Shown here: piece by piece, positions 40,301-50,368 of the stretch
How the letters are laid out: the number at the start of each line of letters is the position of its first letter
Numbering within the stretch: the first letter of the stretch is position 1
Source of the DNA: Phoronis australis
Taxonomy: Eukaryota; Animalia; Phoronida
DNA length: 64,000 nucleotides
Assembly (NCBI GenBank): GCA_002633005.1
Contig: NMRA01000999.1
Span: 9,810 to 73,809, forward strand
Reading direction: 5' to 3'
Made by a program: the position numbers and the translations under genes
The notes under the pieces: generated by a model
Databases searched by the model: none
What the model was told of the DNA's origin: nothing
The model's input: only the letters and a program-made list of their open reading frames with translations

Positions 40301-42471
40301 GTCGAGCTTTCATGTGTGCATACTCAACTATGCAGCAGTGTTCAAGGAAATAATATGGCCCTAGTATTGCTATTACATTGCCACACTTAAAGCTACTGTG
40401 TCCGAGGGGAGGGTTGGCCTCCTTCTTGTAACTAGGCCTACATTTAGTCTGTTTATCTTTTAGCTTATTGAGCACCTGAGCAACGCTACCAATAGTCCGC
40501 AGTTTGAAAGAGATGGTGAGTAAGAGGGAGATTTAACCGGAAGTATGAAAACACACCAGTGGGGTGCACAGTTCCGCACACTGGTTATTGAATCGTGGTC
40601 GTTCACGAAGCTCGCCACCACAAACCGTTTCTTCAAGCCAACCAAAAAAGAGCAATGGTTTATTCAAGAAATAAATATTTTAAAAGCCGTGCGCGTGACG
40701 TCATTCTCAAATCTTGGAAATTGTGTAAAGGGAACACAGGTCACAAGAGTTGCTATGGAGAAAAAAGTATCCCTTATTGCTCAAAACGACATAGAAACAT
40801 ACTCTCAAAGCGCGTGCTCAAGAGATGGACCCTTTTCCACCATTTTGCTTAAAAAGCCGTTGAAGATACTTTCTTAAGTTTCTCGAAAAACAACGCAGTT
40901 AATTAATTCTATTTATGCAAAGCTAAAACATGAACATGAGCTGGAATCTGGTCTTGATATTGATGCGTCTCCAAATTGGAGGAGAAAGGTAAGTACTTAT
41001 TCATGCGTCTCCTGATTGGAGGAGAAAGGCGTATACTTATTGATGCGTCTCCTGATTGGAGGAGAAAGGCGTGTACTTATTGATGCGTCTCCTGATTGGA
41101 GGAGAAAGGTAAGTACTTATTTATGCGTCTCCTGATTGGAGGAGAAAGGCGTATACTTATTGATGCGTCTCCTGATTGGAGGAGAAAGGCGTGTACTTAT
41201 TCGTCCCAATTTACTAGTGATATTGTAATGAGATGGTGTCAGGTTAGTGTCATACATCGGTAAGCACCAACAAACTTATTTTTAGATAATATTGGAGTTA
41301 AGGACACACATCTATGTACATTTTGTAAAAAAATACCGGAGGATATTACCCATCTGCATAGCAACTGTAATTTAACATTAGGTTTTTTGGATTTCAGTGT
41401 TAGGATCATAAACATAACTGGAAGCTCGTTGGAGCTTTCAAATTAAGATACAATTTTGAAAAGGTTGAAGGACAAGACGTAGATCAAAATTTCACATTTA
41501 TCGACAGCATCTCAAAAATACAACTGTCAAATTGACACACTTTAAATGGGAAGTCTTCGAGTATTTCAAAATTAAAAAATTCTTATTTTAAATAATTTCA
41601 AATTCAAAGGTTTTAATAACTTTTATTTTGAGGCGGTTTAGTTTTGAGACATCTTTGTAAAAAATATTAGTTAAAAATATTTACAGCGGCGATTATTTGG
41701 CATTTCAGTGACAATTATTTTACGATTTTGCCTTTAATATTTTCATGTTTTTCCAGCAGCTGATTCACCGTCAACACAGTCACCCATTGCTGATTCGAAG
41801 TTCCATGAAGATTGGGACGAGGAAATGCTAAATGAAATGACGTCATCACCGATTCCCACACCAAGATTCTTCAATCAACCCGGTGGGTAAAATGGCGATT
41901 GTGAAGGTGTCGGTTAATGATGACCAACGTTGTTAACGACGGTGTTGATGATGATGATGAGGGTGGTTTTGGTTTTGGTGATGATGATGACGACAACAAC
42001 GCCGGCGGCAACAAGATGACGTCAATGACGAAGACAACGGCAATAATGACGGTGTTGGTGATGACGACATTGCGTTTTGTAATATTTGCAATGCAGAGTT
42101 GCCTTTAATGACGTAAGCCTACGTTTAATCCCAAACTTGACCAGCCGTGACAGAGTAAACTGCAAGCGCCTCGTTTATCTCAACCTTTGGACTCGTAATT
42201 GCACAAAAATTACATATCTTTGAATATTTTTTTAAAATTTACCGCAATATGTCACGATATTTCTTTCAGACATTCAATGTTTTGTTTGTTTACGTCTGCA
42301 GGTGATTACGACACAAGAATACAAGCTTTAAGCGACAATGCAAGCTCCATGAGCACAATACATTCGGTGTTGACATGGAAAACAGTTGGAATTGCTGCAC
42401 CCACCGTGACGGACCTCTCTGTGTTGTGTAATGCCCAAGTACCGGAGACAGTTCGTGCGTTTGCGGAATAA
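28075..42471 (+). CDS. IRF1/2: Interferon regulatory factor, IRF1/2 group; 9 coding exons, ~374 aa
   Basis: Exons 28075-28345, 33924-34097, 35265-35299, 35804-35894, 36733-36891, 37199-37245, 40464-40515, 41757-41882 and 42302-42471 are all GT-AG, phase-consistent and total 1125 nt. Kozak gcaccATGg. Tryptophan-pentad DBD: [45 protein letters not shown] (IRF1/2 signature). No IAD1/SMAD-like domain is visible. Confidence 0.93.
30598..31252. repeat. Diverged tandem duplication with a ~333-bp unit x2, in an IRF intron
   Basis: actgattagt...gacgttc...gggacctt...agatatatt...aaacgag...tttcggaatt is repeated starting at 30602 and 30935. Confidence 0.85.
33924..34097 (+). CDS. IRF1/2: IRF exon, C-terminal half of the DBD plus a basic NLS-like tail
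   Basis: ctttcag acceptor, gtaggc donor; [30 protein letters not shown]...EEKRKKTK. Confidence 0.95.
34796..34949. mobile_element. MITE of CAGGG/GGATCCGCC type
   Basis: Right end ctggatccgcctagg; flanks tacat/tacat. Confidence 0.6.
35265..35299 (+). CDS. IRF1/2: IRF small exon ([12 protein letters not shown])
   Basis: tcttttag acceptor, CAG|gtacga donor, phase 1 to 0. Confidence 0.7.
35804..35894 (+). CDS. IRF1/2: IRF exon ([13 protein letters not shown]...EMRTT)
   Basis: tttctccag acceptor, AG|gtaaat donor, phase 0 to 1. Confidence 0.75.
36014..36369. mobile_element. Foldback (palindromic) MITE-like element
   Basis: Long imperfect inverted arms, for example atggtttacgc vs gcgtaaaccat, ttctacttt vs aaagtagaa, aatcgaact vs agctcgatt. 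Confidence 0.7.
36733..36891 (+). CDS. IRF1/2: IRF exon, S/Q/E-rich
   Basis: tcttgtag acceptor, gtgagt donor, phase 1 to 1; lies inside ORF 36660-36899. Confidence 0.8.
37199..37245 (+). CDS. IRF1/2: IRF exon ([16 protein letters not shown])
   Basis: tttctttgtag acceptor, gtaagt donor, phase 1 to 0. Confidence 0.8.
38262..38674. mobile_element. CCGGTTGCATGAAAC MITE, opposite orientation to 18716-19134
   Basis: ccggttgcatgaaacagtcccaaa ... ggcaaccgg. Confidence 0.8.
39545..39823. mobile_element. Foldback element with internal cgaa/ttcg sub-repeats
   Basis: catcttacgcacgaa vs ttcgtgcttaagatg, and cacaaaaat vs atttttgtg. Confidence 0.65.
40464..40515 (+). CDS. IRF1/2: IRF exon ([17 protein letters not shown])
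   Basis: tcttttag acceptor, G|gtgagt donor, phase 0 to 1. It continues the amphipathic stretch DEEVLE-LIEHL and restores the frame. Confidence 0.7.
40920..41600 (+). mobile_element. Degenerate L1/Tx1-type LINE ORF2 C-terminal (zf-RVT) fragment
   Basis: Translation from 41228 gives [46 protein letters not shown], matching the LRxFQxxIxHRxxPTN...CxxC...ExxxHL...C pattern. KFHIYRQ follows downstream. Confidence 0.75.
40961..41200. repeat. 40-bp minisatellite x6 with a 120-bp higher-order period
   Basis: Unit tgatgcgtctcctgattggaggagaaaggcgtgtacttat. Variants occur in the order A-B-C-A'-B'-C. Confidence 0.97.
41757..41882 (+). CDS. IRF1/2: IRF exon, acidic (ADSPSTQSP...[11 protein letters not shown]...NQP)
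   Basis: tttttccag(cag) acceptor, G|gtgggt donor, phase 1 to 1. Confidence 0.8.
41917..42070. repeat. Degenerate (GAT/GAC/AAC)n low-complexity tract in an IRF intron
   Basis: Runs of gatgatgat and gacgacaacaac. Confidence 0.8.
42302..42471 (+). CDS. IRF1/2: IRF last coding exon
   Basis: tctgcag acceptor; [11 protein letters not shown]...VRAFAE then TAA. Confidence 0.75.
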
Positions 42472-43569
42472 TTCGGTCGCTTCACAGACAACCACATGTA
42501 ACTTGTCAACTACCTCCGATGTGGAGAAGTTAATCAACTGCAAGGCATCTGATGTACAGCTAATTGATACATGACTTTCCATAACCATGCATCGTTTAAT
42601 AGCAATGCATGTTAGCCCTACAGTATTTCAGTGTTGTTCTATTTCCTTTGCTTCGGGTTTTCATGCATGTATCTGGTCTCAGTATGCTCCTGTACGCGAC
42701 TACACTCTGCTCTTAAAAGCATTTTTTTTCTTGAGCTAATGTCTCTAAATATTAGACTGAACTCGTCGAAGTGATGGGGGCTTAATACGCCACAAGGTTG
42801 AAAACTTAAAATGATGCTACGCAACATGAATTCACCGCCTTGATGGACGTTTGACAGAGCGAGAGCTGTAGCTTTTCTGCAAGTAATCCCGCTAGCAGCG
42901 TCACTCACGGTTGATCAGGGAACCAGTCCTTCCAGTGCTAAAGTGTCTAGTGTGCCTATTTATTTTGAATTTGGTTCATTTGAACTTGTCTCTCAAAACT
43001 TGACTGAACAGTAAATGACCATTTAGCATTGGCACTGTTTTGTCTCTTAAATTTTGTCGAGGTTACTGTTTCCCTTATGACGTCACGAAACTACAGAGGA
43101 TGTCTGAGGTAATTTGGTCATCGTAAGAAGACTGAAGATCTGCAAAGGTCAAATTATGTGTGGAACTAGCTCGCAGGTTTTGATGAAGACAATTTTTGTT
43201 TATAAATGTGCAATGTGAGTATGATGTTAAATCGCTTGTAGTTAGTGCTGCTGCTCGAGAGCAAATATACCATTGTGCTTTTTTAGGATTAGTTTTGAAA
43301 AAACGATGGGTGATTTTCTTTTGTGCCGGAGATGTGTTAGTTGTAAATATGGTGATGATGAACGTTTGAGGTTTGAGAATTTAACGTGGACCAAATATAT
43401 TTGGTCATTCGCTGCTCAAGGTCGAGCAACGACTGACTTCAGTGGCTGCTGCAACAATCATCTTGAGTGACGAAGTCAGGTTCGTTAACTTCTTTCGTGA
43501 AAGCTGAGGCCAATGACTCTATTTGCCAAATGTGTAAGTTTTATTTTGTTTTGTAAAGTTGAAATGAGT

Positions 43570-43575
43570 AATAAA
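43570..43575 (+). terminator. Candidate polyadenylation signal for the IRF gene
   Basis: AATAAA ~1.1 kb after the stop codon, following a U-rich UTR-like stretch. Confidence 0.5.
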
Positions 43576-44256
43576 TATCCATGTATGTACAGTGCGACAC
43601 GGTCGTTCAACAACGATACAACCTTTACGTGAGGAAAGTATTATTTTTGTAAAATCAAGGACAAACTAAAGTATGGCTAATTTGCACAAAACGATGTACA
43701 GTTCGGTTGCAGCCCTTCATTTACACAAACTTCGTAAAAGACACGACTAGGCTTTTTGTTTTCAAGCTTGATGCTGGTACGCTCGTAATTCCAAAGCCGT
43801 CTCCTTTCTTCAGGTATGCAGGTATGTGGTAAAACACCGAGAGACACCTAGCGATCAGCTTGCAAACAAAATGTCTAGTGTTTTTAACGAAGTGGTAGAG
43901 TAGGCAAGGTGAGGCAAAAAGTGCCAAAATTAGATCTTTCTGAAATAGACGAGAGGTGCTCACTTCATATTAGACACAGCACGCAGCACAGATTTTCTAA
44001 ACTCTTTGGGTGGCATAAAGTAACACTCGCCCCAGGTGTACGTTTCGTAAAGTGACTTAGGTCTTAGGACAAAATTTGGTCTTATGTCCGCATAAACATT
44101 TCTGAAAAACAATTAATTTCCACTTGACCAAAAGAACATCCTCTCATGATATATATATTTATAAGCGCTAGGTTACTAAGATAATTTTGATATATCAATG
44201 CTAGACTGTGATGCACTGTCTCAAGACTTAGTGAAGTTTTATAGTTTCCTAAACCC

Positions 44257-44637
44257 CAGTGCCCGGTCTCATGAAACAGTCCCAGGTAGGGACTTAACTA
44301 AGTTCCCTAAATCTACTGCGTGTTCGTGGGCTTGTGAAAACGATTGTCCTTTCTTATGCAGTTTCAGTCTCATTACTAAGTCGATTTTTGGCTTTGATAC
44401 AAATCGACAGTAAACTCTAGGTAGAATTCTCAATACTGTATTGAAAACAAGTAGGGATTTTTATGCAATGTAACTAACTTAAGGACTGGGTTCCTAATTA
44501 TCATGACTTCATTAAAGGTACTGTTTTCAATTATGTTATTAGAAAATGTCGAAGACGAACTGAAACAAAGGTAAAAGGATTAATGTGACGTCAGTGAGAA
44601 AAGAAAGAAACTGCTTAAACTGTTTCATGCAACACGG
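44257..44637. mobile_element. CCGGTTGCATGAAAC-family MITE
   Basis: cagtgcccggtctcatgaaacagtccc ... ctgtttcatgcaacacgg. Confidence 0.75.
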
Positions 44638-45096
44638 CGGCCACAGGATGCTGGATTCTAGGGAACAATATACATGTACATGTATGCGATCACAACTAAT
44701 ACTGTATCTCATCATTTATAAGGAATCAAATGCTGCAATGCTGGGACAGTTCAGAGTCAAACACGTAGTTAGTCGCACAGGTGTTGGAAGCCTGGCTATT
44801 TTCAGTACATTCAATGATGAGCGAAATCCAAAATATATGCAGTAGGCCTATGAAGCAACTAACAGCAGGAATTCAAGCAAGAGACATGCCTGGGATAGAA
44901 CTTTAGAAACTGGTGAACAAGTGAATATCTAATTATAGGACTTTTGTATGCCTAAGAATAAGATGCCAATTTTCGCCATTGTCATCTTTGATATTCTAGT
45001 TTTTTAAACGACAGAGTATAACGTCTATTCAACGAAACTAGAAATTTTCGTGACTGTGCCATAGCCTAGCTACATGTACGATTCTGCAAATGGACG

Positions 45097-45356
45097 CATG
45101 CGCGCACGTATCCAAGGGGGCCTCGGGGGGCTCGAACGAGCCCTTACATGTACATTTGGCGAAGTGGGCAAAATGATCCGCCTTGGAGAAACAAAAATCC
45201 GAGAAAATGAGACAAGAAAGTCCACTGACAAAAGACTCAGACGCACAGATGAAGGCTAGCACCCGTTTTTTTTTAGTCCTCCCGACGGTTTGTCAGGAAA
45301 AGGTCCACAACGACAGAAATTCTAGCCCCCCATTTTCAAGGCTGGGTGCGCGCATG
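45097..45356. mobile_element. CATGCGCGCAC MITE with a perfect 5-bp TSD
   Basis: ggacg|catgcgcgcac ... gtgcgcgcatg|ggacg. A partial copy starts at 46929. Confidence 0.88.
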
Positions 45357-48300
45357 GGACGAATGGTTTTCGTGTGTTAGTTAGTTCGACCAAAACGTTC
45401 GTCCGCATGCGTGCTCCGGCGTTCGTTCGATGATTCGATGCTCGCACTAACCTTGACTGAGGTCACGCACATTGATATTAACGCCAAAACTCCAGTTCTA
45501 CAGACTTTTCACTTTCACAAGACACTGATATCAAGTTAAAAGACAACGTTTCATTTTGGACTTGGAGGGTCGGTAACTAGTGAACATTGTGGCTTTGAAC
45601 TTTTGGGACGGGTATAAATCATGGATGTCGTTCACATACAATAGGGGGCGCCACAGAACAGTTCTCAGCTGGGTCATTTGCCCGGCTAGCAGCACACATC
45701 GATGGAATCAGTGTCACCTTTTCTTCACTCTGTCGAAAACGTATGCGGCAAAGAATGAAAAGTTTTGAGTCTTTTCAGTCATATCAAAAGCTCCAGAGAT
45801 GACCACAGAAACTGCATGTGGTATAATTGTGTTTTGGCTCTTTCTTACTGAAAAGGAAGGTGGGCGGTGAAGAGTGAACGGGGAGAACCGTGCCGCATTT
45901 TCCTACCCAAAACCGCCAAGTCCTTAGGGTTGCACGACATAGGCCAACATCATTCTGAAAGAGAATTCCCTACAGATTCCAAAACTGTGATCCATAAGTA
46001 CAGTCAACTTCCAATTATTGTTTTTCGTAGCCCGTTCTCAGTCGCTGGGCTGGGGGCCGACGTCGTCTTTAAGACTAGGCTATACAGCCGAGCAAGTGGT
46101 CGTTTCTCATTCTCAACGTGTTCACTAATACAAACAAACCAGATTCGCTACGTGCAGTGCCTACCCCAAAACTTCCCCCAGGCGTAGCCTACCCCTAAAA
46201 TTTATTTTTGACTTTAGCCTTACGCCGCTCAGTGCTCGACCGTTTGAAATTGACATGCAAGGTCAGTGATAGCCAGTTCTCTGTGAACTCTGTCCTAATT
46301 GGTCTCATCAGTAATTAAACAGAGCTGAAAGCGGAAAGGTTTGTCAAGTTCTGAGAAAATTCTATTGCTTTCACGTTCTATTCGGGTAATAGCTCAGTCT
46401 TCAGTCTTTCTACATTTAGAAAATAAACAAACATCGAAAAATAAGTGAATCATTTGTTTTCGCAGCTAATTCCAGAAAATTGAGAACATGAGCGTAATTT
46501 ATAGATGCTCAGTTGGAAAACTGTATCCGCTCGATTTATTTACCCCACAGCTACGTTGTAGTTTCTGCAATTGCCACCACTGCGATAGATGTCACCCTAT
46601 ACTGGCAGATCCTTGATATTTTTACATTTAAAAACCATTAACACACGCGTATGTTTTCTCCTAACGCATTGATTTCCGTTCGCTACCGTTTGTCGTTGAC
46701 CATGAACTACATAATGTACCACGCATGCTCCGTTGATCCAGAACCAGGCGACGTTGAATGAAAGCGTTTTACCGTAGACTGTGCCACGGTCTACGATCGG
46801 GGCACCTGCTAAGCAAATTTAAACTGCGATCACAGTATACTTCGACAACTCGATCACAACGAACTTACTTAAGATAGTACATAACGTACCATGTCAGAGT
46901 ACCAATTACCTAAGCTTTATACACAGGGCATGCACGCATCCAGCCCCCCGATTTGGCGAATTCAAGGGGGCAAAAAGGTCCACCTCAACTATAATAAACA
47001 ACTCCAAAGAAAGTAGAAAAGGAGACAAAACTCTTTCCCCACAGTTGCCGTCATTGTAATTCACCATAAGCGTAGGTCACGCTTGACCGTTTAGCAGAGT
47101 TAGGAGGTATTTTTACCCCCCCCCAGACTTTTGAGGGATGTCGAGGGTTACAGCGCATTATTTCGTATCAGAGAACTGGACGAGAAAGTCGTATTTAGCC
47201 GCATTTTGTGTTGCGAGGACACGTCATCAACACCACGCGGCAACTGTTAATAATTAACCAGTGTTACAGAGCTGACTGAGATGCAGTCGATTATTTTATA
47301 CAAATATAACCTCACATACATACACATGTACACTGTAACCGCAGTTGGTAACAATCGCCGACCAACAACACGTCCACGTAAGTGATCCCTAAGTAACACT
47401 TAGAAAATGATGGACAATTAAGTACCCATAACCAGGTCAACCCGGCCGAGTGGATCAACAAGTCGGCGAAGAACATCACCACAGGGTTATCGGATGAGCA
47501 ATAGCTCGGGTAACAAAATTTGGCCTCGAACAACAGAACTCGATCAGTTCGACAGAAAATTTAGCTCAAAAGTTAAAATGATATTCTACCCAACATTGGC
47601 CAGTTAAGATTAACAACGGCTTTCCCATCTAGCTCTTTAAAACAAAATAATGCTCTCAGTGTAGGGCCTAACCCTCGTCAACCCTCAAAAGTTTAAATCA
47701 ACAACGTCTGGTACACGGGTAAGCACGACCTACACTGTGGGCTTTAGGCGAGTTACGGACATCTGTAGAGAAAGACCATCCTTCAAGAATCCTAATATCC
47801 ATTCTGTGACACAATGAGCAGGAGTCTAGTACCCTCTGACACAGCGCCATCTAGAGTGTAGGAGTGTAGTTGATTTGTTTTTTTACAAACCATACACCAG
47901 TCCGCCAGATGTCCCTGTGTTGTAATGAGCGCCCTCGCACTCTTTGTCGTCTGACTGAAAACTTGTATCGTTCATTATCTGTCCCTTACATTCGTTTGAA
48001 GCGTAACTCTCTCTTTACTGAGAGGCGAATGTATGAAATAGCCAAAAAAGTTTTACTAAACTAAAATAGTATTCTTTTAACAAACACAAACAACATGATA
48101 CGTTCCTCAGACTGGCTGGAGTTGTCCATGTTTGATCTCCTTCATCACCAGGAATGGAATTTACTGACAAGACCAATGCAAGTTTTGGGTCTACCACGGC
48201 AGCAGCTCTCTGGTCAGTGGCAGGGGTTAAATGACCTGACGGGGAGTTCCCAAGTCAGATTCTAATCATTTCCAAGCCCTGGTTTTCTAAGAAGTGAATA

Positions 48301-50027
48301 AATCTTATTGGCTACAGTGTATAAACACAAAGTCCACAAAGAAATCACAGAATCGCAGGCAGAATACAGAATTGCAGCATATGCAAAAATAATCAGACAA
48401 AATGAGTCAGAGTATTACTCATGGTTCTTGTGGACACAAAGCACAATGTACATTTTGAGCAAATAGGAAACGGATACACAAGGCTTCATATACAACTGGA
48501 GAATGACAACATTGTAGGGTTACATGTACTTTTTATGGACTGTATTGAACATTCTGGGTCAACTTTACACCATATGCAGTTACACGGCCAGTGATACGTC
48601 AGTCCCACGATGGCTTAAATATATCCGTAATGGGATGATGCTGACCACCTTTCCACTGAATATTACTTTTTGTCCATGCCTCCTAAACGTCAGATGTCGC
48701 TATTCGTGATCGGGCCAATTACACGGTGCGGATCATAGAAACCCCCAACTGTGTAAGCAAAACGAGGAAATGACAACAGTACATCGAAGAAGATGAAAAC
48801 AAGCTAAAAATCTAAACAGACAAAAACATTCATAGGAAAGACACATCAGTGGTAGGGTAATAAAACAAGTACATGTATACACCAACTCCACAGGAGAGCA
48901 ATGATATCTCACGTCGTCGACCTCGGACAAGATTGCTCTTCCGTGGTTCATATGGCCTGATGTCAACCTGGGTAATGATGCATTACTACTTACACACAAC
49001 CTCATTCACACAAATTGGATACATGCGCAGACAGTAACAATGCCTTGTAATTGTCCATCGACTGCAAACTTCTAGAGACACCGCTGGCATTTTTATCTAC
49101 AAATATGGCAATAACGGAGTTTGCAAACAAATACGCTTCACTGTTTCACCCAGTCAAATAAATAAATACCCACTACAGAAACAAAATAACACCAAATAAA
49201 TGGTACCTAACAGCAAACTGTAGTAATAAGTTGTCAACCAGACAACTCCAGGCTTCAAAGTTATGAAGGACCCAGGCTAGAAAAATTCCAATTTTAGAGA
49301 GCTTTGGGCCATCAAATCTCAAACACGGCTAATTCGGATTCATATGTAACTTAAAGATACTATGGTTTATGCACTGTGTTCAAAACAGCTGTTAAGAACT
49401 GTATTTAAAATGTTCCACGTTCGCGTGAGAGGGCTATCAAATATATCTCTTTTATGATTTTCATAAAAACAATTAATTAAAGTTGCATAAAATGAAATGA
49501 GATCTTACCTTCAATATTAACACCAAATAAAATTTGATCATGTTATTCACACCGTTGCTTTGATATCAACATATCTTTCTTTTGTGCTAAATTTTACTAA
49601 AAATACAACAACACGTGGTCCAATTAATGACATACTGCTTAAAAGTCTACATAAATTCTACAGGCTTTGTATTTTTAAAATTTAGAAAACGTATACTATT
49701 ATAGTCAAAATGTAAAGTTTTTTGAATATTTGGCTGAATATTCAGACCTGTCAATAAGGAACCATAACCAAATTGAGATTATTACAAAGAGACACCAGGT
49801 GGAGCTCATGAATAAAAGCTCCTCTGTTTAACACCTGAATAGGCTGCGAGAGCACAAGTCAGGTCAGTGTACATTTAGGCTGGCGATCCCACGTGATGAA
49901 CACAAGCATTTCTACGTGCACGGCCATTGTCTTGTTTGCGTTCAGTGAATGGTCGCTCATTGCTCAGAAAAAATGAGATCAAACTTTCATCACCGTTTTC
50001 ATTCCCTGTCGCAATTCAGCAAATAAT

Positions 50028-50368
50028 TCATTCATCCAAACTATGTTGGATCAAAATCACCTCAGGTTCAACAGCAACTGGTAATGAACTCTCACTATCT
50101 GTCGCTGTCGTAGCTGCGGCAAGATGTCCGTAATTTGACCCGTACAAACACTCGTGAAGCAGAGACGGCATTTCTAATAAATCTGTTCGTGAGGTTACGT
50201 GTTTCCTGGCTGCACTGCAAACTGAGCACACATCGGCCAATCGCAGTAAGAGTTCGCCAAACCTGGTGGGGTACTTGGGAATTCTAAGGAGACAGTACTC
50301 ATCCAGTGAGTCGCTGAGACGTTCCTGACAGCTGCGTATGGAAGTGACATCTTGTAATCCTTCAGCAT
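50028..50368 (-). CDS. NR5B1: NR5B last exon (helices 9-12 and C-terminal tail)
   Basis: tgttctag acceptor; DAEGLQD...[11 protein letters not shown]...SLLHECLYG...HSLDE then TGA. Confidence 0.9.

Noticed and set aside
40923-40988. 66-nt constitutive IRF coding exon
   Set aside because: It is open only in phase 0 while the upstream exon ends in phase 1, the acceptor is weak, and the sequence looks LINE-derived.
40961-41200. CRISPR-like array (regular repeats containing a hairpin)
   Set aside because: Units are contiguous with no unique spacers, there are no cas genes, and the context is a eukaryotic intron. It is a minisatellite.
41917-42108. Asp-rich ORF as an IRF exon
   Set aside because: It is microsatellite-derived, has no good acceptor, and the flanking exons already join in phase.
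46270-46320. Minus-strand hammerhead-like CTGATGAGACCAATTAGG followed by a small hairpin
   Set aside because: There is no GAAA, the cleavage position would be G, and stem I does not pair.
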